Assembly: GCA_040954595.2 (NCBI GenBank)
Contig: CM082577.2
Location: 13,213,903-13,277,902 of the forward strand
Source: Balanoglossus misakiensis
Taxonomy: Eukaryota > Animalia > Hemichordata
Direction: 5' to 3'
Length of the DNA: 64,000 bases
In this document: positions 28,146 to 40,810 of the stretch, one piece after another
Layout: each line of letters begins with the position of its first letter
How positions within the stretch are numbered: the first letter of the stretch is position 1
Program-made: the position numbers and the translations under genes
The notes under the pieces: generated by a model
Told to the model about the DNA's origin: nothing
Databases searched by the model: none
The model's input: only the letters and a program-made list of their open reading frames with translations

Positions 28146-28226
28146 ATGCGCCCTCTTTTGGTATACTCTTCCTACCACCTGACCTCCAGCTGGCGGTAGG
28201 AAGAGTTCACCAAATTAGGGCGCATT
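28146..28226. repeat. ~80-bp near-perfect hairpin
   Basis: ATGCGCCCTCTTTTGGTATACTCTTCCTACCACC pairs with GGCGGTAGGAAGAGTTCACCAAATTAGGGCGCAT. Confidence 0.75.
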
Positions 28227-28255
28227 TCATCATGCATATAATTATACTATGCCAT

Positions 28256-28940
28256 TGTTTATACTGTGTACGAGCAGAGAAGCCTCAGTGTTCAGGTTAG
28301 AACCGTATCGGCAACACAAAGACAGAAGAGCTGACAGAGAACACATTTATTTAGTTTCTATAATTATTTCTAAACTTTCCCTGAATAAATTCCAGTGCCC
28401 AGGGGTGGAAGGGACATGCGCAGTGGGACTGGGGTTAGACTTCTGATGTTATGTATGGTGTGTACGTTGTGGTGTTTGAGTCTCGTGAATAAATCTATAG
28501 TAGAAAACTAGCCGGTGTCTGGAGCAGACTCAAAGGTGGCAGCGGTAGGATAATGGCAAAGAAAATAGAGTATTTTATGGGGAGGAGAACTCGACGCAAT
28601 TATCAAGGCAGAGGGCAAAGAACAAAAGGTGGCGGCCATTATACGCATGTGTTTAAAAGTGGACGCAGCAATGGTGATGCAGTCTATGTCAGAGGATGAC
28701 AGAAAACAAATCGATGCAATCAAGGAAGAGCTGAGAAAGAATTTTGGAAGGAAGAAAGACGAATTAGCCGCCCAAAGGGAATTTCATTGAGGCCGTAAGT
28801 TGGAACGAAGAGAGACAATTGGAAAGAACGTACAAATGTACGCTCACTGAGAAAGCTAGCAGTTGAGGGCTTTCCTAAATGTGTCGGCAGTGGGCTCGAA
28901 TCCATTGTTATAGGATAATTTTCCAAAGATTTACCCAGTG
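28256..28940 (+). mobile_element. Gypsy-like 5' LTR, tRNA-Leu-type primer-binding site and gag remnant
   Basis: TG...AATAAA...CA LTR-like block at ~28256-28532. PBS TGGCAGCGGTAGGAT at 28537-28551. Degenerate gag-like reading (IIRMCLKVDAAMVMQSM). Confidence 0.55.
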
Positions 28941-29077
28941 AACTTAGCGACCAGCTGTCTACGTATACAGCATTACGGTGTCAGTGGCCATAGCTAGCTT
29001 AAACAATGTCTTAGAGTTTGCCTCTAGTATCAGTCCAGGGAAACACCACCAGTATGGAGTGTAATTCATGCCAAAAT

Positions 29078-29237
29078 TAGCACCCAGCTTTTCGATGAGA
29101 GTATTCACTTTTCGATGAGAGCACCCAGCTTTTCAATCAGAGCACTAAAGCTTTTTGATGAGAGCACCTAGCTTTTTGATCAGAGTTACCAATCCCACTT
29201 TTCGATGAGAGCACCCGCTTGTCGATGAGAGTATTCA
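29078..29237. repeat. Minisatellite, ~20-22-bp unit GAGCACCCAGCTTTTCGATGA
   Basis: About 7 degenerate tandem copies are directly visible. Confidence 0.8.
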
Positions 29238-29615
29238 TGTCTACTGGGGTGTGCTTAGGGGGTCTTATAGCGGTGACCCAGAAGTTTAAAGTTTTGAAAC
29301 TTTGACAGTATAGACGCCCAATTTGTTTGCCATCGTGGACGTAGCCCAGTGATCAAATGCACGGGTTGGATTTTACAAGAAAATAACGTCATTTATTTTG
29401 CAAAGATCGACGTGAGTTCACTGCACAAAGTGGACCGTTGCCCCCCCCCCCCCCGTATCATCTCTTTCATCTTGTGTCCAGGGCCGCACTTGCGTTTGTG
29501 TGTCTCTGGGGACGCCAAGAATGTATATGCCTCTTTTCCTAATTTGAATATTTTGAATTGGTTATGCTTACAAATTGATACATATTAGGTCTGCATTGAC
29601 TGGAACGCGTCAAGT

Positions 29616-29616
<1 letters not shown>

Positions 29617-29646
<30 letters not shown>

Positions 29647-30370
29647 GCTTTATTTAAAGAGGGTAGTCTGTGTTACAAAGTAGAATTGTAATATACAACA
29701 GAGCCCTCAAAGGCGAATGAGAATGAATACAACAAGGAAAAAAAACACTGAAAAAATCAAATCAAGTCGCAATGGCGGAAACATTCATGAAATCTAATCA
29801 AGTGATGAACCTTCATTTATAAATTTAGTGTGAAAAAAGTTACGTAGTTGTGACTTGAACTGTGACAGACTGTATATACTTCTTATAGACAGGGGAATAT
29901 TGTTCCAGATATTTGTTGCTCGATACATAAAAGACCTTTGCCCAGTTGCTGTTTTAAAAGTGGGCACATACAAATTAGCGTTGCTGACAGATCTAGTGGT
30001 AAAATTGTACATCTCAGAAACATAGGAAAATTCATTTAAATAATCAGGCGCCAGGCCATGTAGTATCTTGAAAGTTTGAACAGCAATGAAATACTCAATT
30101 CTAATATCAATGGGCAACCAATGAAGAGTTGTCAGAAGAGAACGACAAGGAAATGTAATGTCTACTCCTAAAATTACTCTGCCGGCTCTTTTCTGAAGTT
30201 TATAAATTCTCTGTAGATTGGTTTTTGATGTGTTGCCCCAAACAGTGCAACAGTAATCAATTATAGAAAGGAAAATAGCATTATAAACCAACATAAGAGT
30301 ATGCCTTGGGGTCAAAGGTCGCAATTTCCTCAGTACCCCAATCCGCATTGACAATTTTCTCATATTAATG
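29617..30370 (-). mobile_element. 3' fragment of an L2/Crack/CR1-group LINE
   Basis: IDYCCTVWG, LQKRAGRVI, LHWLPI, HGLAPDYL and WNNIP motifs. (TAA)n tail at ~29617-29645. Confidence 0.85.
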
Positions 30371-32620
30371 TCAAAGGTCATGTGAGGTCACGCGAAATTT
30401 GGGCAAAACGTTTTGACCCCATACTAATCCAGGTCCAACAAAAACCACTCCTCTAGCCCTAATGGTTTGTCTGATATTAGGTATGCGCAAAATTAATGAT
30501 GTAAAGTGTAAGAATCCATTAAGAGTTTCATCCCTCCAAACACAAAAGCTGTACCTGTTCTGGATGCCGAGATAAAGAAAAGTAGGTCAAAGGGCACCTG
30601 AGGTCACCCGAAATTTGGGCAAAAAAAATTTGAACCCCTATTAGTCCATCTCCCACAAGAACAAAACCTCTAGCCGTATTGGCTCGTCTAGAATTAAGTA
30701 TGCTCATAATTAATGAGGTAAAGTGTAACGCTCCATTTGGACTTCCATCCCCCTAAATGCCAAGGCTGTATCTGCTCGGGATGCTGAGATATTTTAAAGT
30801 AGGTCAAAGGTCACCTGAGGTCACCCAAAATTTGGGCAAGAAATTTTGACCCCATACTGGTCCATGTTCTACAAAAATCAAACCTCTAGCCTTATTGGTT
30901 ATTCTGGAATAAGTTATGCATATAGTTAATGAGATAAGCAGGTGTCAAAGGTGACCCCCAATTTTAGCTTTTCAATTTTAATCCCAACCCTCCAAACGCC
31001 GAGTATGTACCTGCTCTGGATGCCGAGATATAGGAAAGTAGGTCAAAGGTCACCTGAGGTCACCGAGAATTTGGTCTAAAATGTTGACCCTATACTGGTC
31101 CATGTCCCACAAGAACAAAACCTCTAGCCCTATTTGTTCGCCTAGAATTTGGTATGCACATAATTAATGAGTTAAGCAGGTGTCACAGGTGAACCCCAAT
31201 TTAGTGCAGGAGCTAAACCCCAAATTTTGGCATAATTGTGCACTTTGGGTTAGAAGCATGAAACTTGGTACACTTATGCATTGACCCATGGCGGCCATTT
31301 TCTGATATGGATCCAAAATGACAGCGCCCTCTAATGGCCAGAAACACACATTCATACTTTAAAATTGTGCACTTGCGGTTAAAAGCATGACATTTGGTAC
31401 AATTATTTATTCACCCATGGCGGACATTTCCAATATGGATCCAAAATACAGCGCCCTCTGGTGGCCAGAAAATGACATTTACACTTTCCCCCCGTTAATG
31501 GCACTTTTTGGTCAAGTTTAACACTCAGACACAGGAATGTGGGTTGTACAAGATGCTTGCTGCCATACATTCCTTTGAAGATTATCCTAATCCGGATGTA
31601 CATGTATCAGATCAATCTTGTATGTTACGAATTGAACAATTTGTTCGTTGGTATAACAGAACCAGTTGAATACACAAAGTCATGCAAAGTGGTAAGACAA
31701 CACATCTTCTCCAGAAAGTCAAGGGTTCTCGAGAATATTCCTTCTACACAGGCAGCTCTTAAAGAACATGTGCTATGAGAAACCTAGCATAGCTATATAA
31801 AACCAACAGAATCCCAGTGGAAATCAAGTTGGACAACTCTTAGTCAAACCCAAGAAAAGAGTCAACCTCAAGAAATTAGTTGCAAAAAGTCATGCACATG
31901 TTTCTGTAGGTGCTTTAGGTCTAGTCTGACAGCAGTGCTCTTTGTTACTGTGAAGGAAGATGTCATCAAGATTGATCTGATACATGTACATCAGAATTAG
32001 GATAATATACAGAGGAATGTATGGTAGCAAGCATGTTTTACAACCCACATTCCTGTGTCTGAGTGTTAAACTTCACCAAAAAGTGCCATCAATGGGGAAA
32101 AAGTGTGAATGTTAGTTTCTGGCCGCTAGGGGGCGCTGTATTTTAGGATCCATATTGGAAAATGTCCGCCATGGGTCAATGAATAATTGTACCAAATTTC
32201 ATGCTTTTAACCCGAAGTGCACGATTTTAAAGTATGAATGTCTGTTTCTGGCCACTAGAGGGCGCTGTCATTTTGGATCCATTTCAGAAAATGGCCGCCA
32301 TGAGTCAAAGCATGACTGTACCAAGTTTCATGCTTTTAACCCAAAGTGCACGATTTTTTGGTTAACTGCCCCACTAATTTTAGCTTTTCAATTTTAGTCC
32401 CAACCCTCCAAACGCCAAGTCTGTACCTGCTCTGGATGCCGAGATATAGGAAACTAGGTCAAAGGTCACCCGAGGTCACCCAAAATTTGGGCAAAAATGT
32501 TTGACCCTATACTGGTCAATGTCCCACAAGAACAAAACCTCTAGCCCTATTAGTTAGCCCGGAATTAGGTATGCATATAATTAATGAGTTAAGCAGGTGT
32601 TACAGGTGAGCCCAACATTT
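30370..32620. repeat. Tandem array of ~215-240-bp units (GTCAAAGGTCACCTGAGGTCACC...), split by an Academ insertion
   Basis: Units start at ~30370, 30586, 30804, 31042 and 32458. Confidence 0.8.
31202..32376 (+). mobile_element. Non-autonomous Academ deletion derivative with long TIRs and 3-bp TSD
   Basis: TAGTG...CACTA termini with ~400-bp inverted arms. TSD ATT at 31199-31201 and 32377-32379; the empty site is visible in a sister unit at ~30955-30975. The interior encodes IFSRKSRVLENIPSTQAALKEHV and a CKKSC..C.C...C.C.G.C cluster typical of Academ C-termini. Confidence 0.85.
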
Positions 32621-32969
32621 TTGGTCCATTCTGCGCACGGGCCAATAGACAGTCACTGTACTGGACCATTGCACAGACGTGGACATAGCGTCATAGCTTA
32701 ACTATAGAAAGTATAGGACCATGGCTGGGTCCAAAAATATGAAAAAATAAAAATAAAAAAATCTTCTTCCCAAAACAGACTTGGCCAACGGCCTTGAAAT
32801 TTGGCATGGAGGACACTGACCACATGGTCCACAAAGTATCTTAACAGAATTTTGATATCTCCATTCATATGCGATGTAGGCCCATTTGCCCATATATCGT
32901 CATCAGGTCACGTGACTAATTAAACATTCATAAGGGTACTGCACCAGCACTCCACTCAAAGCAAGCTTC

Positions 32970-33275
32970 AGTGGGGGTGGGGTGGCAAGTGCTCTGCCCT
33001 GGTACACTAGACAAACCAGCCAATAAATGAAATGTGGCGAAGAATGAAGGGGTGGGTGTGGGGGGGGGTGTCCCCCTCCGACATTAGAATTTTGTGAAAT
33101 AAACGGCGCGAAACTGCAATTTGTGGATTCAAAAGCAAAAGTTCGGTGGCAAAAGTATGTGACCTCCCCCTAAACGTTTAACAAAAATGACCTCTCCCCT
33201 TTGGATTTCAAAATTTAAGTGACCCCCGCTGGATTTTGCCGCCCCCCTCCCCCTCCGTAAAAACTGAACGGTTCA
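32970..33275. repeat. Second copy of the element end seen at 485-786
   Basis: GCAAGTGCTCTGCCCTGGTACACTAGACAAAC ... CCGTAAAAACTGAACGGT is shared with that copy. Confidence 0.75.
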
Positions 33276-34239
33276 TAAACTACTGATGTAAGCGGAATTC
33301 AGTTAATATGGACGGGGCGGTCAAATTCTTCATCTTTTCCCACTAAAAAAGTATTTAACACCCCTACCCCACAATTATGATGCCCCCCGTGAAGATATAA
33401 ACATTAAAGTGACACCACCAAGCTGGTAAATTTGTAGATTTGTCAATATTATTATTTGAATCTCTCCCTATCCCTCTATTGTGATTAAAACGAAACCAGA
33501 AACACAACAGACAAATTGACTGATATCCTCGACGCTGGACGCCTTCCGAAACCATGAGATGTTAATTAGATACCCAGGGGGCATTGTAGCATGTCACGAA
33601 TTACTGTAACAAAGGTTATCGCAAAGGGGATATCCAAACCATCGGCCAGTTCGGAGAATATAAGGAGGGGATTTCCAGAACAGACAAAAGGTTTCAAATT
33701 GGTTGTTTCATGTGAAATTCAAAGTAGCCAACGTCGTGATTATTTAATACAAACGAATTTATATCACACTAGAAATTAAAAATCAACTTCAATCCCGAAA
33801 AATCAATTTACTTAGTACGCCTTCTAGACAAGCGGCTATCGTAGATTACATTTCTCTCATTATAGAGAATGGGACTTCTCGACACATTACATTCAAAGAA
33901 AATGTCACAAATGAACATATGCCGGCAGTCACCATACATTTGCAACATTGCCGTGTAACAAGGGATACAATGTTCACCAAATTAAGCCCTCATTTTGCTG
34001 TATATCGACTACCAATCATTTTCTACTCATAAAGATATTGTTTCGTACGAAGATCACAAAGCTATTTACTACTGACATTAATCTGACCTATTGCGCCAAC
34101 GCGATGTAGGGCATAACTGTACTTTAAAACTATTTTGGCAAACAACGATACGCTTAAAACATACTCACGTCTTGTTGCGGCAAAGGAATAACCTGGACGA
34201 TTGCAAAGGCGCCTGGGACACGGGTTTTTGTAGTCAAGA

Positions 34240-34265
34240 TCACGTGACTTAACTGGGAATTCCCC
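34240..34265 (-). promoter_or_regulatory. E-box + NF-kB site module upstream of a minus-strand splice donor
   Basis: TCACGTGA (34240-34247), GGGAATTCCC (34255-34264) and donor GTGAGT at 34168. Confidence 0.5.
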
Positions 34266-34799
34266 GAAGTGATCACGCCATCCAAGCATGGTGTCAACAG
34301 ACCCAATTCTTCTTCCCCAGTGCAAGTACAGCTACAGACCCCCCCCCCCCCCACAACGTTTTTTTCGGAGATAGGTATTTTGGCAAGCATATTAGTGTCT
34401 GATGTGACGAGCGTGACCGTGAGAGGCTACGGTCATTGAATTGATGTTAATGTTTTCATTATGACAGAAATTAAAGTAAAATCCATCACAAGTGTTAGAA
34501 TATGACCATTTTCTTGTCATATTAAAAGGGTTGGTTTATGCAATATGCAAACTATGTGGGATTGATTTTTTGTTCAGGCCTGTGTGAACTGGAATATGGT
34601 TTTATGACCTAAGTTCACAGCGTTCATATATCATGAATAAATATGTCATGTATAAATTAACATGGTGCAATCTCTTCAGGGAAAGCCACTGGTCGCTGGA
34701 AGAAGTTTTTGTTGACCCATGATTTTGTGGATCCAAAATATAAATAACGTGAAAAGCTGTCAAATACTTTGTAATATTAATACAGTAATTCAATTATAA

Positions 34800-37700
34800 G
34801 ACAACGAGGTCTCCTTGTGAGTCAGGTTACTTGAACAGAGGTCATTTATTGATCAGTAGATATGCAAATGACGTTTTCGTCGAAAATAGCAGGGGATTTC
34901 CAAATCAACGTTGAAACAGTTTGGCGGTTTCTTGTGAAATCAAAAAAACATATACAGTTTTACACAAGTGTGTCATTTTTAATATGTCTACCTCATTTAC
35001 TTTGAAAATGATTCTACCTAGGCTTGTGGTAGACGTGTGTGAGTCTCTCTCCCCCCCCCCCTCTCTCTCTCTCATATGGTAGCAGAAGATTCTCAAGCCT
35101 ATATGCACGTAGGGAAACTCGCAAAACAAAACGAGAAATACTATTTATAACACAAATCTATGATGTCTTTTTTCAGGGAAGCAGGGCAATGCAGAACACA
35201 TTTTGAAAGTGAAATTTGTATACTTCTTCAAAACACCATGCTATAAGAGTCTTTCTTTTCAACATTTCCAGCGACGTATACTGAAAGCACTTATCATTGT
35301 GTTGATTAACAAAGGCAGGCGCATTCACCTGGACTGCGTGACCGATTTACATGCCTCATATACCTCGAAACCGAAAGTTAAAGTTGATATTTTCAATATA
35401 TAAAATACTCTTCCTGAACATTACAACCAATTTAATACCATATCCTTATCATAGCTAGGGAAATGAAAATTACAATTTTACTGCCAGACGAGAATTTCTA
35501 CATTTGAGCATTTAGCTATCTTACTTGTTTGACCAGAGTATATGAATGATGTTTCACACCGACACAAATGTGAAGAAGATTACTAGTGTGACACATGACC
35601 TTTTTTCAGAAATAAATGTTTATTTCATGTACTAAAATCAACAAACACGAAGTTTCTTGGCCGATAATGTCAAACTGATTTAATCATTGTACAATTAAAT
35701 GCTTTCATTACCAGTAGTATATGCGGATATATTGTAATGGTGGCAATCTAGCGATGAACAGGTAGCAAAAGGATGTTAAATAAAAACATAAGACGGTCGA
35801 TTAAAGAGCGATATTACCAGCCATAACCTATTCAACCACCCTCTTCACGACTTCACATTATGATTGATTGTTTTTCTTTATTGTAGAGGAATGAGAATTC
35901 TTGACGTATCGTTCACATGCATTCATAAGTACACATTAGCACTCTAAATGCGCCAGACAATGCATTTACTTACAGGAAAGTCCCATAACAAGGCTCTCGT
36001 CAACCAGTTTGTCTGTTACAGCTATTGAGAATTCGGGCTGTCTATATCCATTGCCAGCATTGGGTGCAACATATACTTCAATTGTCCTTCGTGGATCAAA
36101 TAACACTAACTGACCACCATTGTTTATTCGGGATTTATCAAACTTGTATACCTTAGAAAAATTTAATATGAGAGAAAATAAGACTCAATCTTACCCCCCC
36201 CCCTTTAATTTAACAACGTAGGAGTGTGAACATTATCATCCCAATCCAGGCAAAACATGATACAGCTGAGTACGGCAGGGGAATTGTTTTTAAATATCGT
36301 AGCATGGGACAACATCCTATGTCTTCCTCTCTGCATCAAACAATAAGCAGTATTAGGGCTAATATATATATGTGTGTGTATGAGTGTGTGTTAAAAAATA
36401 AATTTATCTAGCATGAAAAACAGACCAAACTGGGTCATCCCTATCTTTTGACCCCACACAAATGTACAAACAGAAGGGCATACATGGTTGTATATTATTT
36501 TGATTGAATTGAAATATAACCTTGTATGCACTGATTATCCCAAACAAGCTGTAATTTCATACATATTCATTCATTTGGTAATTAGCAATGAATATGAATT
36601 TATAACAATTTCAACAACTTAAAATAAAAAAGTAGCAATGATTTAGCATCATGGTTAATACATAATGATGTTGTCAATCATAGACAGATTTTAAAGATTT
36701 GTTATGCAAACAAACTGGGGTAAAGAAACTGTGTGGTCTTTGTGAATACGTTTGCATTCGTTTTCGTTTAAATGCGAGTACATGGACCAGCATAGATTAT
36801 CCTAGCATGTTTTTTAAATACACATTGTTGGTGTAGTCAAAATGTAGAACAAATAAAAGGACCGCGCAGAATCTATTCACTTAACATGAGTGCCTGGAGC
36901 ATGCGCAACGCGGTGTTGTTGACAGACAATCACATGCAATTACTCATAGGAAAACCCCGAATGCTGGAGCCATTTCGCATCACCTGACATTCATCACGCG
37001 TGCTTGTAAATTTGAGAGACGCACGCTATAGCATACCTTCATTTTGTCTTCCTCATCGCGCTCATGTATAGTCTTACACAGCCTGGTTTCTGATTTTCAT
37101 AAAAAACCGACGTAATGCGAGATCGCTCACCATTTCTCGCCCTATCCCACTCTCCCCTCTTTTTCCCCCAACCCCTTTTCTGTCGTGAATTACTCATAAA
37201 ACAGATCCGAGGTCAGTTATTGACAATAAGATATGCAAATGAGGTTTTCGCCGAATGTGGACAGGGGATTTCCAGATCAAACAACAACATACTGGTAATT
37301 TGGTTGCTTCGTGTAAAATCCAATCTTTATTCGGGTCTCGTTCAAACCCGAATAAAGATGTTCCTTGAGATTCTCCGGAATGAGCATGGATAGCAACCAC
37401 CGATGGATGCATTGTCAACAACTAAAACAGTGGCTCTCCAACTATGTTGGTCAGTACGTGTTATCGGACAGACTGATGATAGTGCATTCGGCCTGCGTTG
37501 CTCGGCAAAAGCTCACCTGCATGACCTGCGTGTCACGTCAACAGCCGGAATTCTCATTATTTAGAACAGAAATAACTTGGTTGACAAGATAGGACTAACC
37601 TGCAAATAAATACGCTGTCAGCCGCCATATTCAGCTTTAAAACACTCCTGAAAATGGGGTTACAAAAGAAATTTATCATGTTACACACCTAACGAGGTCA

Positions 37701-40360
37701 TGCTTGTCTTTTGAGTCTAATCGCACGAGTAGGTACGAGCTTAATAACTTACATACAGTTATATTTACGAGCTTAATAACGTACATGCAGTCATTTTACC
37801 ATTTACTCAAGGTCAAATTTTATTTGCAGAGTTTACACCAGTTGCTTGTGTACCCAATTAACTAAGAAGCGACAAAACTATATTGTTCTGGGTTTAGTCT
37901 GTTAGTTGCGCACTTGTACGTATTCACAGCGGAAATCAGCATAGAAAAGCACGTGGGATAAAAAAAATACCAGTGCAAGACACAGGTGTCACAGAATAAC
38001 ATGTTTTTTCTTTCGGTTCTACAGCTGTGTGAACTTGTGACCTGGCATGATATGTATACGCCGCTGGTACCTGGCAACCTTAATTATCACACGGTGGCTT
38101 GGCACTGTATCAAACAGATCAACAGTTCACAGAGCATGCGCTCTGATAGAATACTGCGGCCACGCGACAAGGAATAGGATTAATTTAGTACTCATAGAAA
38201 GTTGTCATTGTATTCATTTTAGACACTTTACCGTTCTGCTGCTGTTTGTTGCCTTTTTATTGCCTTCTCGATATTATTACAATGTGACAAACTTAATATA
38301 AGGACTGGGGGTTAATTTGCGAAATGCAGTTTTCGTTTCACGTTTCACGCAAAACCACCCATCGCATCGGTAGCTTTGCATAGTATTCGATTGTTTTCAA
38401 AACAGTTTAATTTCTACCTCTCAACATCACTCATTAACCTCTGGCTGTCCTTGTCTTCTAAAAAACTAAACCGAAAGCTGAACAGGAATAAAGTGCAAGA
38501 GCTGACATATTAATATATATCAAGTAGAGCAGGATTCGTAATAATCATGATCAGGTAACGTGATAGGAAATTCCCGGAATTGGTCACGCCATCTCAGCAT
38601 TGTCCTAGCGATCCCTAAAGCTAAGGCCCTGCTCTCATTAGTGCATGTACGAAACTCTCGCCAAGGTTTTTTTTCAGATGCTATTTTTCCCAAGTTGATT
38701 TACCACTTAATGGAAGCACATCAATCATTTCAATGTTTGCTCTATCGTTAAAGGAGAGGCCCTAACTTGCGAATATTGGACAGGAATTTTAGACTTGGCT
38801 TTTTGGATGGGCTGAGTGCCAACGTAACGACATTCATTCCGCCGAAGCAATTGAAATATTAACTGAAATAAAAAAAATCAGCTGGAAGTTTTTGTCTGTG
38901 GTACGACAAGGTAATATCACTCGCAAATAAGCAAATCAAATACATTCTCAATTTACGATCTTGCTCAAAATAGGCCGTGGTCCATATTGTGACAATGAAA
39001 ATGCCGTGTGTTATGCAAATGCACACCTAACTTTGTGTCTGTTGGTAAATCATGTTAGAAATACAAAACCAGATAAAATAAAACGAGAACATATGTAAGA
39101 TAGCTTATGACACAATGCACGATCCGACAAATCAGGATAACGGCCATCAGCTGCTCATCATGCAAGGAGCAATTTGAATAGGTGAAGGATTTGTTGCTGT
39201 AAATGCAGAAAACAACAAACACTGGTGAACTTTGTTGGTCTTTGCTTTCGTTTGCGTTGAAATATGAGCACCATATATCAGCCTTTAAAGGTATTTTGGT
39301 ATATTTCACACATATACCTTGTTGGCGCAGTCAAAATGTACAACCCGAAACGGGACTGCGCAGAATCTACTGAATTGAACACTAGTATTTATCGGACAAG
39401 ACATGAGTGTCTGGAGCATGCGCACCGAGGCGTTGTTGACAACCAATACGACGAAATTACTCATAGGAAAGCCCCGACTGTGGCCCGACCCTTTTTTGTA
39501 TCTGATTCACTTGAAATTCGTCGGGTAGCGCTGGCTATTTTGAGAAAAGCAATATTGTCCTGGCATTTATATCAAAAACACCAAACGCAGACAAATATTT
39601 TGTGATATGGAAACGTATAATGGTACTTTTATTATCAGGCCGCAGGGTCTCGCCTGTCGTGAATTAGTAGTAACAAACAGAAACGATGTCATTTATTGCA
39701 AATGATGTTTTCGTTAAATATAGGCGGGGGATTTCCTGATCAAACAATAGCATACTTTAGTTGCATTGTGTGATATTCAAAACACATATTTTCTATATTC
39801 CTACAAGTGTGGCCCTTTTCACACTCGACCTCGTTGACGTTGCGAAATGTTGAGAAATCTACCTAAGCTTGTGTTACAGTCAGATCGCAATGCAGCCTAT
39901 ACATGTATACACGTATGCAAAATCCCACCACAAAACATGAACTTATAACAACTTAAAACAGCGGTGCATGTTCTTATGAGAGCAAGGCCATGCAGAACAC
40001 TTTTCAACCGTGGAATATTTAATTTAGCTTAGATGTAAAAAAAGGCGTGTGCATTTACATTTACTGCGTGGCCGAGTTATACGTCTTGTATGCCTTGAAC
40101 CGGACTGAAGAAATACTTATTCATTATGCTGCTGTTGTTGTTGTTGTTGTTGTTGTCGTCGTCGTTGTTGTATTGTTGAACGACTCGGACACACCGAACT
40201 GGACAAGTGAAATTACAATTTTAATGCCAGATTCGAAAATTTTAACAGATCAATTTCTACAAAAGTTTAACATTTGAGTGATATGGTATCTATTTGACCA
40301 GAGTGTGAAGAATATTCCACACCAACAAAACAAAAGTGTGAAGAAGATTACTAGTGTGAA
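34800..40360. repeat. Three diverged ~2.4-kb tandem non-coding units carrying octamer + NF-kB motifs
   Basis: ATGCAAAT..GGGGATTTCC at 34862/34892 and 37233/37264, with variant TTGCAAAT at ~39696/39727. Shared blocks: 36825-37290 vs 39318-39760, and 34855-35590 vs 39690-40360. Confidence 0.75.
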
Positions 40361-40397
40361 CTTCACCACAGGCATGCGACATAGGCGAAAGAGGTTG

Positions 40398-40810
40398 TAA
40401 TAATAATAATGTTTATTGTCTTTTAGGCCACCGGCCAATATGACAACTGCATGGTAAGATATATTACAAAACGAAATACAGCAACAACAAAAAAGAAACA
40501 TAAGGTCGCCTTCGAGCTTTCATGAAAAATACTCTTTTCTCCAAATCATGGCTTTATGGACAAATTTGCCAAGATTTCTTAACACTGTTGGCGACTTTGA
40601 CCTCATCAGTGTTAAAACATTATCTTCATAAAGAGACTCAGAGTTGTCATGTGGTAATAAATATCTTAAGCTTTGATACAAAGGGCATAAAAATATTACA
40701 CGAAATTCATCCTCCACACCTCCTGTACATATTTCACAGATTCTGTCTTCAAAGTCAATGTTGGCATAGCTGCCTCCCTGGACTCTTAAACCGAGACATG
40801 AACATCTCAA
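40398..40810 (-). mobile_element. 3' fragment of an RTE-X-like LINE
   Basis: RICEICTGGVEDEFRVIFLCPLYQSLR motif, AATAAA and a (TTA)n tail. Confidence 0.75.

Noticed and set aside
29078-29237. Short regularly spaced repeats resembling a CRISPR array
   Set aside because: There are no unique spacers or cas genes and the context is eukaryotic; this is a degenerate minisatellite.
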